Virus record (IMG/VR): IMGVR_UViG_3300028845_000223 | Location: 2,547-66,546 of that record | From: a virus | Direction: 5' to 3' (one strand) | Length of the DNA: 64,000 nucleotides | In this document: positions 42,432 through 53,024 of the stretch, in pieces | How the letters are laid out: each line of letters opens with the position of its first letter | Position numbering within the stretch: position 1 is the first letter of the stretch | Notes under the pieces: generated by a model | Database searches by the model: none | Told to the model about the DNA's origin: nothing | Seen by the model: the letters and a program-made list of their open reading frames with translations, nothing else | Program-made: the position numbers and the translations under genes

Positions 42432-43153
42432 TTTCTTTGTTTGCCTTTCTTGCGATTTTTATTGGATTTAACTGCTACCATTCCAAATGGTAGCTTCGGA
42501 GCTTCTTTTATTTTTTTAAATTTATCAAACTCGGCAATTACAACTTTTTCAAGAGGGTTTAAAAACTCTGTTGAGTAAAACCAAACATTTAAATCATTTG
42601 CAATTTCTTTAGTTTTTGGACCAAGCTTTTCAAGCTCATAGATCGAAAGTGGATCTATTACATGTTTTAAACGTAAGTTTTTGTAATTTTCTGGTGGTTT
42701 AACTCTACGATAACAGCCAACATCCTTTAAAACATATTTCAAAATTATTTCTTTAATTTTTTCTAGTTGTGTATAATTTGTAAAAAGAATTTCAAATTCA
42801 TGACAAATATTAACAAAAGCATTTTGCTGGTTATGTTCATTAACATCAAAATCCTCTTCAACAATATCAAGACTAACGGATAGTTTATTTACTGCTTTTT
42901 CAATTATCTCTACTAGTTCTGTAGGGTATCCAATAATATTGTCAGACAAAGAATAATATTCAATGGAAATATAAGGGAAATAGGGATCTATCGCCCTTGC
43001 TAGAGGCTCAGCCTTTGCCGCCTCTTCTATTTTCTTAAGTTCTTCTTTAATTTTCTTTTCTAAAGATTCTTGTGTTTTTGCCGCGATTTCTTTGCCATTT
43101 GGCAACATAGCAGTATATGTTTTTACTATCGTTTCTTTTGTGTTTATTTGCAT
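42428..43153 (-). CDS. Hypothetical protein
   Basis: 241-aa ORF in the same operon. Confidence 0.65.
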   Translation of the reverse strand: MQINTKETIVKTYTAMLPNGKEIAAKTQESLEKKIKEELKKIEEAAKAEPLARAIDPYFPYISIEYYSLSDNIIGYPTELVEIIEKAVNKLSVSLDIVEEDFDVNEHNQQNAFVNICHEFEILFTNYTQLEKIKEIILKYVLKDVGCYRRVKPPENYKNLRLKHVIDPLSIYELEKLGPKTKEIANDLNVWFYSTEFLNPLEKVVIAEFDKFKKIKEAPKLPFGMVAVKSNKNRKKGKQRK

Positions 43154-43175
43154 AACAGCTACTCTATTATTTTGA

Positions 43176-45245
43176 TTAAGGAATCAATTCTTGAAGATTG
43201 TTTTGTCCAACAAGTTTAACATCTTTTAAGTTTTCTGTTTCAATTGAATCGGAATAAACAAACAATTCTTGTTGTGTCTCTTTGTTTTGTTTTTCTTTAT
43301 ACAATTCAATTATCTCTCCAATTTTAAAGAAATCTTTTTCAACAATTGATTTAACAAGAAGAGAAGCGTTCTTTGAATTCTTTTCAACCATTCCCATAAA
43401 ACTAAAAGAATTTAATGAGAGGTGCATCCATTTAGCGACCCATTTATTTCCGCGGCGCATGAAAACAAGAGGCAACGAAAGTTGTGATTTTCCTTGCAGT
43501 TCAGATTTGAACTTAACAGTTTTTGGTTCGAATGCCAATCCTTTTTCGGATTGATTTCTTTCCATGAACCCAAAGAAAACCTCTTTCGCTTCGTCAAACT
43601 TCTCTCCAGAAAACACATTAATCTGCGGAATGATATATTCCACATCGCTTGGGATTTGATTTAGTCTTATGTCGATAAATTCTGATGCACCATTAGGTGC
43701 CGATGTTATATCTCCGCTGTGTGTCGCATAAGAGTTTCCTAATCTTGTAAACGAGACTTGCGAGGCTAAGTTAAAATTCTTATCCAAGAAAATTGTTGAT
43801 AAGTCGTAATCTGTTCTTATTTGGTTTTGATGCCAATAGATGAAAAATCTAAGGGTGTCAACATCTGATATTGGTGTCTCTGATCCAATTGGTAGAATAC
43901 CAATTCCTCTTGGTTTTAATTTATCAGATGTTGGTAGCGCCACAGTCTCAAGTTCTTTTGAAACCGTAATTTCTTTATAAGATTTAATTCTTGATTTAAG
44001 AACTTCTTTCAAATCTTTGATAACCGTTTCGACAGTGGAAGAATCAATTTTCTCAATTGAATTTTTCATTTCAAAATAAGATTTGCCTTTTTTGTTTGTA
44101 TAAATTTTCATTTTGCCGTTTCTGTTTCTCAAGTGTTGAATTAAAGAAATAATAATCTTGCTCGAAAAGGATTGATAAAACAATTGAAGTTCGGAAGGAG
44201 AAATGTCTTTGTTTTCTCTTAAAACTCTATCCAAGTTTCTTCCCAAAAGCGAAGGATATTCCTTAAAGAAAGAAAAAATATTTTCCTTGTCTTTTGATAA
44301 TAACACAGCTTCAAGTTTCGAAGCTACAGTTTGAACTGTCTTCGTATCTCCCCTTATTTCATCAAAGAAAGTTTTTATAGTTTTGAATTTCGATTCGTGT
44401 GGGTGAATTTTTTCACCAATTCTTTTCCACTCTTCTCGATAAGAAAGAGCGTCGGCAATCGAGTTGGAATTTCTTTCCATTAAAGAATTTAATTCCTTAA
44501 ATATTGTTTTTCTTAGTTTCCTTGGAAACTTCTTAAACTTTGTTTTTTCTGTTAGAGTAACATCCCCAGAATTCATCGCTACGACAAACCTTAACAAGTC
44601 TGTCGATGTTGAAAACATCATATCAAGACTTCTATCGTGTTTTATTTTGTTTAAAAGTGCTAAATTTTCTTTAATTGTTGGAGTAAATCCATTTATACTT
44701 TCATTAGGAATAAATTCTTCGTGACTTGAAATAAATTCAAGATCATTTGCAGACAAAGGAATAGATGACTCTACGAGTTGTTTTGTTCTTAATAAAACTT
44801 CTTCTTTAAATGTTAAACCAAGATTTAGCATCTTGAAATATCGAGAATGGTTTTCAATAAACTCTTCTTTGTTTTTTTGATATTCCTCAAATGTATGAGT
44901 TACATTTTTTCCATAAAAACAAAACAGATTAAATAGTTCCATATCGGAAGGATGAAATCCTCCCTTTTCAAAATTTTGGAAGAATGGATTATAGTTTTTT
45001 GTAAGTCCAAGTTTTTCTAAAAGTTTGCTTAGTATAACGTCAAGTTGTTGAATTTCTTCTTTTGAAAGTTTCTCTGCCCAAAATGTTAACTCTGGAGAAA
45101 ACGTCCACCCAAATGTCATAAACTTAGTTTGAAGTTGTGAACTTGTTTCTACACTAGAAACATTTCGTGGCTTAGCTAAGCCAAGCACATCTACAGGAAG
45201 TCTTTTTGTTTCTGCAACTAGATTTATAACTGTTTCGATTTTCAT
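43176..45245 (-). CDS. Large alpha-helical protein with C-terminal TerD-like domain (possible ROT/TROVE, Ro60-like)
   Basis: TDLLRFVVAMNSGDVTL, YPSLLGRNLDRVLR; C-terminal RFFIYW...DYDLS...HSGDITSAPNGASEFID typical of TerD. Confidence 0.7.
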   Translation of the reverse strand: MKIETVINLVAETKRLPVDVLGLAKPRNVSSVETSSQLQTKFMTFGWTFSPELTFWAEKLSKEEIQQLDVILSKLLEKLGLTKNYNPFFQNFEKGGFHPSDMELFNLFCFYGKNVTHTFEEYQKNKEEFIENHSRYFKMLNLGLTFKEEVLLRTKQLVESSIPLSANDLEFISSHEEFIPNESINGFTPTIKENLALLNKIKHDRSLDMMFSTSTDLLRFVVAMNSGDVTLTEKTKFKKFPRKLRKTIFKELNSLMERNSNSIADALSYREEWKRIGEKIHPHESKFKTIKTFFDEIRGDTKTVQTVASKLEAVLLSKDKENIFSFFKEYPSLLGRNLDRVLRENKDISPSELQLFYQSFSSKIIISLIQHLRNRNGKMKIYTNKKGKSYFEMKNSIEKIDSSTVETVIKDLKEVLKSRIKSYKEITVSKELETVALPTSDKLKPRGIGILPIGSETPISDVDTLRFFIYWHQNQIRTDYDLSTIFLDKNFNLASQVSFTRLGNSYATHSGDITSAPNGASEFIDIRLNQIPSDVEYIIPQINVFSGEKFDEAKEVFFGFMERNQSEKGLAFEPKTVKFKSELQGKSQLSLPLVFMRRGNKWVAKWMHLSLNSFSFMGMVEKNSKNASLLVKSIVEKDFFKIGEIIELYKEKQNKETQQELFVYSDSIETENLKDVKLVGQNNLQELIP

Positions 45246-45416
45246 TTTATTTCTTTCCTTTTATTTCACTTGTTTTGCTTTATACAAATTTTGATGCAAC
45301 AACCAAGAGTATCAACAATATCAACGCGCAAAAAATTGACAACAAATATTCTTTATTCAAGGATATAAACTCCTTTATCTTAAACAAGAGGCTTTTTAGC
45401 TTTTGCATGGTGCGGA

Positions 45417-45445
45417 AGTTTAGCCGCGGTGCGTAGAGTTGTCAA
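45417..45445 (-). promoter_or_regulatory. Sigma70-type promoter upstream of the TerD-serpin-rII operon
   Basis: TTGACA-17 nt-TAAACT. Confidence 0.7.
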
Positions 45446-45454
45446 GCACCAAGT

Positions 45455-47818
45455 TTAGTTAATAAACTGTGGTACTTTTTCAGATTTTAAATCTATCACT
45501 TCTTCATATGCAGAAGATAATTCTTTTTTGGAATTGTCCACACCTTCTAGTTGAATTCTAACACGGTCTTCAAGATTTGATAATTTTGAAAGCAAGTCAA
45601 TGTTTTTAACAACATCTTGAACTAGATCAATAACCTCAAGAGTTAGGTCTGTTTCAGATTGAATTCTAAACTCAGATGCAATTTCACTTAGTAGGTTTTG
45701 ATACTTCTCGTCAAATTTAGTTTTAAGGAGGTCTATAACAACACCAGAAGCAAACTTAACAATGATTTTTCCTTTTGAAGAAGCTATGAATTCTTTTAGT
45801 TTTTCAATATTTTTAGAGTTGCTCGTTTTTAATGCGTCGAAAAGGAGTTGCTGAGAAACTTGTGATATTTTTTCTGTCGCCATTCTTTTTGCAACTTCTT
45901 TGGCGTCATTTTTTGCAACCGTTAAAACTTTTGCGGCAACAGCGGTTGTTCCAGAAGAAGGTGTTTTGAACTTTTCCAGAACTTTGCTGAAATAGTCATT
46001 GGCATGTTCTACATGTGAACCATATTCATAGCAATAAGAATCTACAGATTGACCAAGCCCGCCATCAACAGCATATAAACGAGAGCGTGTTGTAAAATCG
46101 TAGTAGTATGGTCCCTTTTTACAAGATGCCATATCATTTTCAAACTTTGAAACACTCTGTAATTTTTTACCGATATAAATAAGATTTAAAACAGTTTTTC
46201 CGTTTTCTATAAATGTAACTGTCTGAACATTGTTCAAATCTGTATGAGCAATTCCTGTTCCGCCACTTTCTAATACCTCCATAGCATGAGGAAATGTTTT
46301 TAAACCTTTAATCTTTTCGAGAACTTTTTCGTAAGAGAATTCATCTTCATATTCTTCTAAAATAATTTCTCTCTCTTTTTTAACAAAAGTTTCCCAAGCT
46401 TCTTTTGAAGAAAAGAAAATGCCATCAACAGCATATATATTCCCGTTTATCGAATGTTCAATTGCGGGTCCTAATCTTGAAGATGGAAGTCCTTCCTTGT
46501 TATATTTTGAAATGGCATGGAGCACTTTTTCTTTTGAAAATTCTTTTGTTTTAAAATTATACTTCCTTGGCTCAAAGGTATATGTTTCATTTTTAACATC
46601 CAGGTGAAGAACTTCACCTTGTCCGCCAAGTGTGGAAACTTTTTCAATTACTTCTTTAGTGTCTTTATAGTTAGTTTTTATAAACTCTTCCGTTATTACC
46701 TTACGATATTTTTCAAAACTCTTGTAGTTTTCAAATTCATTTTTTGTAAGCCTCACTCCATTATAAGCATAATTTAAAGGATTAATTGAATTAATTGCGG
46801 GACCATCTTCTCGATGAAGTTCACCATTTTTGAAATGGCATTCAACTCCTTGAATATTACAGATTCCCGTAAACCCATCGGGGATTTCTTCAAAAGAATT
46901 GTAATATTCAAGATTGGAAACTTTTACTTTAACCTCTACTGGTTGAGATTTTTTTGTGTCCAAGGGTTTTTTTTCTTTAAAGTCTTTTAGCCTTTTTCTT
47001 GCAGCAAGAACTTTTTCTTCGGTTTTTTTATATTTTGGTAGAGCTTTCTTAAGCGCAGCCAAAGATTCATATTCTTGGTTTTCTAAAAAAAACTTTTGAG
47101 TTCCATCCGTAAATTCTACAGCTGGTCCATCTTCTCGGTGATAAGAACCATTATTTTTATAATAAGCATATTTTAAATAACTATTTGTTTCTGGCAGATA
47201 AGTAACCTTGCCGCAAAAATCAGACTCAGCTCTTTTATCAATAATTTTGTCGTAGTTTTTTTCGGTTGCTGTTAACTCAACAAAAGGTTTTCGCTCTTTC
47301 GAAAAAAAGATTTTATCATAAAAGTGTTCAATTTCGTGAATATATGTTTCCTCCACATTTAAATTATAACTTGCATCAAAACATGATTTTACTTTGTCAT
47401 TTTTATCAAATGATATTTCGGATACGTTGATGTTAAAGTCTAGACAGTTTTCTTTATTTTCAACAAGATCATCCCAGTTCTCGTAATCCAAAAATTCGAC
47501 AACAGCTTTTTTGTTTTTCAATGCCTTACCTTGTTCGATAAGACTCAAAATATTTTTTTTGAATTTTTTATTAAATGAAACTGGCGAATTTTCAGTGTTG
47601 CCTAATTTGAAATAAACATACGAAACTTGATCCTTTTCTGGAACCTTTATCTTTTTCCAGCCTGTTGCTTTAACAAGTAATTCAGGATTCTCAAACATGT
47701 CAATTGCTTCCCCTTCATTTGAAGGGTCGATGTTTGCCGCGTCCAGGAACGCAGCTTTTATGGAATCAATTTTATTTTTTCCAGCTTCACTTGGCATTTT
47801 TCTGTTCTCACTTTTCAA
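45455..47818 (-). CDS. 787-aa mosaic protein with dispersed HREDGPA modules
   Basis: YHREDGPAVE, LHREDGPAI, SRLGPAIE modules; helical C-terminus. Confidence 0.7.
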   Translation of the reverse strand: MKSENRKMPSEAGKNKIDSIKAAFLDAANIDPSNEGEAIDMFENPELLVKATGWKKIKVPEKDQVSYVYFKLGNTENSPVSFNKKFKKNILSLIEQGKALKNKKAVVEFLDYENWDDLVENKENCLDFNINVSEISFDKNDKVKSCFDASYNLNVEETYIHEIEHFYDKIFFSKERKPFVELTATEKNYDKIIDKRAESDFCGKVTYLPETNSYLKYAYYKNNGSYHREDGPAVEFTDGTQKFFLENQEYESLAALKKALPKYKKTEEKVLAARKRLKDFKEKKPLDTKKSQPVEVKVKVSNLEYYNSFEEIPDGFTGICNIQGVECHFKNGELHREDGPAINSINPLNYAYNGVRLTKNEFENYKSFEKYRKVITEEFIKTNYKDTKEVIEKVSTLGGQGEVLHLDVKNETYTFEPRKYNFKTKEFSKEKVLHAISKYNKEGLPSSRLGPAIEHSINGNIYAVDGIFFSSKEAWETFVKKEREIILEEYEDEFSYEKVLEKIKGLKTFPHAMEVLESGGTGIAHTDLNNVQTVTFIENGKTVLNLIYIGKKLQSVSKFENDMASCKKGPYYYDFTTRSRLYAVDGGLGQSVDSYCYEYGSHVEHANDYFSKVLEKFKTPSSGTTAVAAKVLTVAKNDAKEVAKRMATEKISQVSQQLLFDALKTSNSKNIEKLKEFIASSKGKIIVKFASGVVIDLLKTKFDEKYQNLLSEIASEFRIQSETDLTLEVIDLVQDVVKNIDLLSKLSNLEDRVRIQLEGVDNSKKELSSAYEEVIDLKSEKVPQFIN

Positions 47819-48231
47819 CTGTTGCTGTCGACTTAATTTAGATCTGTTGACTTAAATTGTTTTTGGTCCATAACAGACATACTGTACAACATATAACCTT
47901 CGTATTCTTCAAGAAGGTTGTCATAGATTTGTTTTAAAGAATTTTCACACATCATGACAAGTAATTTATCTCGAATAAATAAAACCCATTGAGTGTCTAC
48001 ATCCATAAACAACTCTACTGAGTTTGCATACTCCCCATATATTTCTTTGACCAAAAATAAACAAAGTTCTTTTATTTCCTTGTCTGATTGAAATTCAATT
48101 GGAAGTTCTGCCTTTTTGATTATTGTATCTTCCATTTTGATTTTCCTAGTCCTGATTTTTTGCGTCTTCAAATGCCTAATGTATATGCACGCAACATGGG
48201 AAGTCAAGGTGCATAATAAAACTATTATGTC

Positions 48232-49107
48232 TTAAATTTCGATGATTGAAATACTTTTTTCTGGGCAACCATACTCAGATGGGCCAGTATAACAACAAAG
48301 ATTTTCAAGCGGCTGATATTCGGCCTTGTCGTGAGAATGACCACAAAACAGTTGAAACTTTATTTCTTTGTTTTTTGCCGCCGTTTCCAAAAGCATGTCT
48401 CCAAAAAACTTTGAACTAAAACATGGCAACCATTCCTCGTTTGATATAACTCCTTTATGAGTTGAAAGTTCTCTAAATGGAGGAACGTGAGTTAGCACAA
48501 TTATTTTTTCTGGAGAGTACGCCGCGACTCCAAAATCAATATCATCTTTTACTTGTCTTGCCGCAACTTTAGACAATCTCTTGCATTCTTCTCGCAAAGC
48601 AGGAATAGATTTCATTCTAAGTGAATTCAATTCTTCAATAATGTAATAATCGTTCATGTTAACCGTAGAAGATAAAAATGGAGAATATTCTCCATCATAC
48701 CAACCATCAGATCCAACAAACAAAGTTTTTGTTGAAGAATCGTAATAAGATTTATTTGTCAGATAGTGCAAAGTGTTTTTAAATTTCTTTTGTGAAGTTA
48801 AAGTTTTAATCTCGTTGTTCACTTTAGAGAAAGATGAATGATAATAATCGTGGTTGCCCAAAATGAAAAATAATTTCTTTTGATGTTTTTGAAACACATT
48901 TCCCATATACTCAATATGAGATTGGATAAATCTTCCAGATGAAATATCTCCAGTTAACAAAACATGTTTGGCTTCTGTAACAAGAATTTTCTTAAGGAAA
49001 CTATCAACTTTTGCAAAATGATCCTTTATCATTGCTTCTTCGGTATCGAAAAAAGCAGGAGAGAAAAGAAAATCTAGGTGAGTATCTGTTATGTGGAGAT
49101 ATTTCAT
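48232..49107 (-). CDS. Calcineurin-like metallophosphoesterase
   Basis: HITDTH, LTGDIS, ILGNHD, THVPP, CGHSH. Confidence 0.9.
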   Translation of the reverse strand: MKYLHITDTHLDFLFSPAFFDTEEAMIKDHFAKVDSFLKKILVTEAKHVLLTGDISSGRFIQSHIEYMGNVFQKHQKKLFFILGNHDYYHSSFSKVNNEIKTLTSQKKFKNTLHYLTNKSYYDSSTKTLFVGSDGWYDGEYSPFLSSTVNMNDYYIIEELNSLRMKSIPALREECKRLSKVAARQVKDDIDFGVAAYSPEKIIVLTHVPPFRELSTHKGVISNEEWLPCFSSKFFGDMLLETAAKNKEIKFQLFCGHSHDKAEYQPLENLCCYTGPSEYGCPEKSISIIEI

Positions 49108-49121
49108 CTGAGGTCCTGTTT

Positions 49122-50205
49122 CTAGTTTTCTTTTATTTCTTCTTTATTGTTTAACAAAAGTTTCCAGTCTGCTGATCTTTCTACTGTTTTAATTTGGTTA
49201 ATGATTTCTTTCGAAGATTTTTCTGCTGTTATCCAAACGGGTAGCTCTTGCTTTTTCGGTTCTCTTTTAACCGAAAGGAAAACTTCTTTGTTTGTTTCGA
49301 TTTGAGCTATTGAGAAAATTTTATTAACTCCTTCACTTGGAGAAGTTGGGCCAATTCCTTTTACTGTTGACTGCATGTCTTTAACAAAATAATTTTTTCC
49401 ATCTGAACCTTCGAATATAATATCTGTGCCGCCGAATCTGCCGCGGCCAACTAAAGATATCTTTTTGGTTAACTTGATTTCTTTTGGCTCTCCAGCGAAT
49501 TTAACAGAAAAACTAGATTTAGACTTTAGTAACTTTAAAACTTCTTTTGCTGTTCTTATCGTTATACTCATGTTTTCTTTCTATTCCACCTTTTCTTTTT
49601 AGTTTGACTTTTCATTAAGTCTTGAATTTATTTCCTTCAAGGCTTGTCTCATTGTTCCGTGTTTAGCAATAAACAAATTAAGTACCACTTCTGGTGTTAG
49701 ATTTGTTATTTCTGTTTCTCCAAAAAGATAATCAACAACTATTTTTGGAGAAGATAGTGTGTGTTCAGAACACAGTTTCAGAAAATCATATTTCCCATCT
49801 TTTTGTCTTTCGACAATTAAAATAAAACCATTTGACCTCATATCGATTCTTGTAAATTTTCCTGCATTTAATTTTTTATCTATTGTGTTATTGAATTTAA
49901 TATGCTCTTTTGTTTTTTTTGCGGTTTCTTTTTCCGTTCCAGTGGATGTTAAGTCAAGCATAAAACTAGTTTTTGTATCTTGCATGTATATTTTCCTTGT
50001 TGATGTTGCTAGAGGCAGTTTGACTTTCGAGCGTTTCGACGTGTTTGATTGCAATATAAGCTAAAATAGAAAATCCAGCGATTCCAAATAAAATCAAACT
50101 CCATATTCCAATCACGAAATATCTTAGCCAAATTTTGAATCTTTCGATTATGTTGTCTGTTAAACCTTCTGTTTCCATTGCTTCATCCTTTTTTAGTGAA
50201 GGCAA
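49122..50205 (-). other. Hypothetical ORFs 47833-48132, 49122-49571, 49599-49985, 49966-50205
   Basis: Co-oriented ORFs at the start of the minus-strand block. Confidence 0.6.
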
Positions 50206-50361
50206 TAAAACTTCAAGTAGAGAAACATAACGTAAATTGTTGTTATGCTCATTGCTAAACCAATAATCACACCAATAAAATGAAACAAATAGTGGATACC
50301 GATTTGTTTCAACGCTGTGATTATTGCAGTTTTTATCAAAGGTTGCGCCTCTCTGGTCCTA

Positions 50362-50390
50362 AGTCTAGGGGCTCGGAAAAGCGGTGTCAA
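50362..50390 (-). promoter_or_regulatory. Sigma70-type promoter (leftward)
   Basis: TTGACA-17 nt-TAGACT. Confidence 0.7.
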
Positions 50391-50434
50391 TCCGCGATGT
50401 TAGCTCAGTGCATTCGAAAGGAATAATCGCCCCC

Positions 50435-50462
50435 TTGACACCTAGAGCATCTTATTTACGCT
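50435..50462 (+). promoter_or_regulatory. Sigma70-type promoter (rightward)
   Basis: TTGACA-16 nt-TACGCT; a second TTGACA at 50539. Confidence 0.5.
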
Positions 50463-50933
50463 AAACCTCCCTCGCAACAGCCGTTTTATCCCCTCTCGCG
50501 CGCGCGGGCAATTGAAGGCACAAAACGCGACAGTGCGGTTGACAACTAGGTTTTGAGTGGTTCAGCTAGACCCGTGCAACAAATAATCTCCGCAACTTAT
50601 TTCTTAAGTGTTTTAACAGTTGTGTTGCTGTTGCATTTGGCAGTAACAATAAAAACAAGAAACAAGATCAAAGATGATAAACATCCTAATACTCATAATT
50701 GCTAATCTGTTTTTCATATTAACAATTGGTTCAATGTTGGTAGAAATAAACAATTTAAGTAAAAAGAAAGAGTTATTAAGAAAAGAAAAAAACCTAGAAG
50801 AAGAACAAAATATTGAAGGATTAAGAAACTCAATGATTGTTTATGTTGTTATGGGAACTATAACTTATGCTTCGTTTATTAAACTTATCGTAGAAATGTA
50901 TACAAATAAATAAGAACGGAAACACAAACAAGA

Positions 50934-51506
50934 ATGAAAAAATACTTTTGCTTTGATACAGAAACAGGTGGTCTTTCAGAAAGAACAAGTTTGTTAACCC
51001 TATACGGGATTATAACAGATGAAAATCTAGAACCCGTAGATTCTATTAGTTTAAAACTAAAACCTTCAGACGGGGTATTTCTTGTAGAAGGACAGGCATT
51101 AGAAATAAACAAAATTAATTTAGATAAACACTCCAGGGTTGCTGACACTTATGAAGTTGGGGCAAAAAAACTAAAAGATTTTTTGTCAAGACATGTAGAA
51201 AACCATACGAGAAAACTTGATATTATTGGCCAGAACGTTATAGAGTTTGATATTCCAAGAGTTAAAAACTTTCTCTTGTCTGACGAAGAATTCTCTTTTT
51301 ATTTTTCGAGAGAAACCAAAGACACAAAGGTGCAAGGAATATTTCTAAAAACACTTGGAATAATTCCTGGAGATGTTAACTCGTCATTGATAACCCAGCT
51401 TAAATTCTTTTTTCCAGATTTAAACCTTGATGGGCACCACGATGCAAAATGGGACACCGAGCACACATTAAAACTCTATAAGAAACACGTTTCTATTCTA
51501 GAATAG
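50934..51506 (+). CDS. DEDDh 3'-5' exonuclease (DnaQ-like)
   Basis: FDTETGG, GQNVIEFD, HHDAKWD. Confidence 0.85.
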   Translation: MKKYFCFDTETGGLSERTSLLTLYGIITDENLEPVDSISLKLKPSDGVFLVEGQALEINKINLDKHSRVADTYEVGAKKLKDFLSRHVENHTRKLDIIGQNVIEFDIPRVKNFLLSDEEFSFYFSRETKDTKVQGIFLKTLGIIPGDVNSSLITQLKFFFPDLNLDGHHDAKWDTEHTLKLYKKHVSILE

Positions 51507-51562
51507 AGAACAGGTGGTTATTGCCTCTTTACGGAGAAATTGGCGAGCTGTAAGGTGCGGAG

Positions 51563-52561
51563 TATGTCAAGCCTAGAACTCCACGATCTAGAATTTGTTT
51601 TGGTTCCGCAATCAAACTCCAAAACCAATAATGGCATTGAACAATTTAATGTACTTTTGGAAAATAAATTAATTTGTTCGACAATTGAATTGGATGGTAA
51701 ATGGATCTTGGTTGATACCTTAACGGGGAGAAGTGAAAAGTTTGACTTGCAAGAAAGTCTAGAGAATCGAATTCTCGAACTCGCAAACTCCTCAAAGAAA
51801 GGAAATCAAAAAAAATGCTTGACACATCTTCTCTCATAAAGGTTGATCCAAGGGGACTAAACACAGAAAGTTATGATTTAGACTTAATCACAAGTAAAAC
51901 GTTTTCAAGTGTCCTTTCTGGTCATGCCGCCTCGCTCAAACTTCAAATTGATATTGACCATAAACAAAATCATGTTGCTTTTGTGGTTGAAGGAAAACCA
52001 ATTTTGGGTGAACATATGTTAGGTAAAGAAGTTGTTGCCGCGACTTTTATTCCAACAGCAAATGCTTTGGAGCATTGGAAACTAATCGTTGAAAGACTTA
52101 TCCACGCTTGGGATTTGATAGCGGCTCCAATTCAAACAAAAGAAGTTCTCAAAGAGAAACTCTGAAAAAGAAAGAACAAACACATGGAAACAAAGCTGTC
52201 AAAAACTCTGATCGCTTTTCTGAATAAATTCCAGAAAGAAATCGAAAAAGGTCTCCATGTGTACGGATACAAAGCAATACACTTATCAACAAAAGACCTG
52301 AAGAATTTCCACGATATTCTTGAAGAGATTAAAAACTTTTTTTCGGAGAAAGAAATAAGGTGTGAGTTTACACCTTCTGATAATTTCATTTCATTTTGCT
52401 GGGTAGTGCCTGCGAATATTGCTCGTAAAGATGCCTTTGAAAACACACAAGGAACTAATGTTACCGAAAAACTTTCATATTTTAAAAAATATGAGACGCA
52501 CGAACGACCAAACAAACAAATTCCTCGGGATGTGTGCCTTGTGCGTTTTGGAATAGGATGA
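51563..52561 (+). other. Hypothetical ORFs 51563-51839, 51815-52165, 52184-52561
   Basis: Abutting plus-strand ORFs. Confidence 0.6.
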
Positions 52562-52570
52562 ACTAAAAAA

Positions 52571-52993
52571 ATGGCGAAAGTAGAAATCGTAAAACAAGAC
52601 TTATTTGATGCTTCAAACCTTGTAATAGGTCACGGAGCAAACACAAAAGGTGTTATGGGTGCAGGTATAGCTAGAGTTTTTAGAAAGCTATACAAAAACA
52701 ATTACATTGCTTATCTTGAATCTTGTGTCGCAGGGACATTTTGTCCAGGTGGAATTCTTATTGTAAAAGAAAAAGAAAGACTGATTGTAAACATTGCATC
52801 ACAGGATTTCCCTGGTCCTTGTGCAAAACTTGAATGGATTGAACAAGGATTAGCTAAGTGCGCGGCAAATGAAATTAAATCAATTGCTCTTCCCTGGATT
52901 GGGTGTGGAATTGGTGGACTTAAAAGGGAAGACGTTCAAAAAGTTTTAGAAGATTCTCCTCTCGATTATATTAAAGTTTGCGAAGTTGACTAA
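52571..52993 (+). CDS. Macrodomain (ADP-ribose binding/hydrolase)
   Basis: QDLF, HGANTKGVMGAGIA, IALPWIGCGIGGL. Confidence 0.9.
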   Translation: MAKVEIVKQDLFDASNLVIGHGANTKGVMGAGIARVFRKLYKNNYIAYLESCVAGTFCPGGILIVKEKERLIVNIASQDFPGPCAKLEWIEQGLAKCAANEIKSIALPWIGCGIGGLKREDVQKVLEDSPLDYIKVCEVD

Positions 52994-53024
52994 CTGACCA
53001 ACTCTCTAAAAAGGAAGAAATGAA

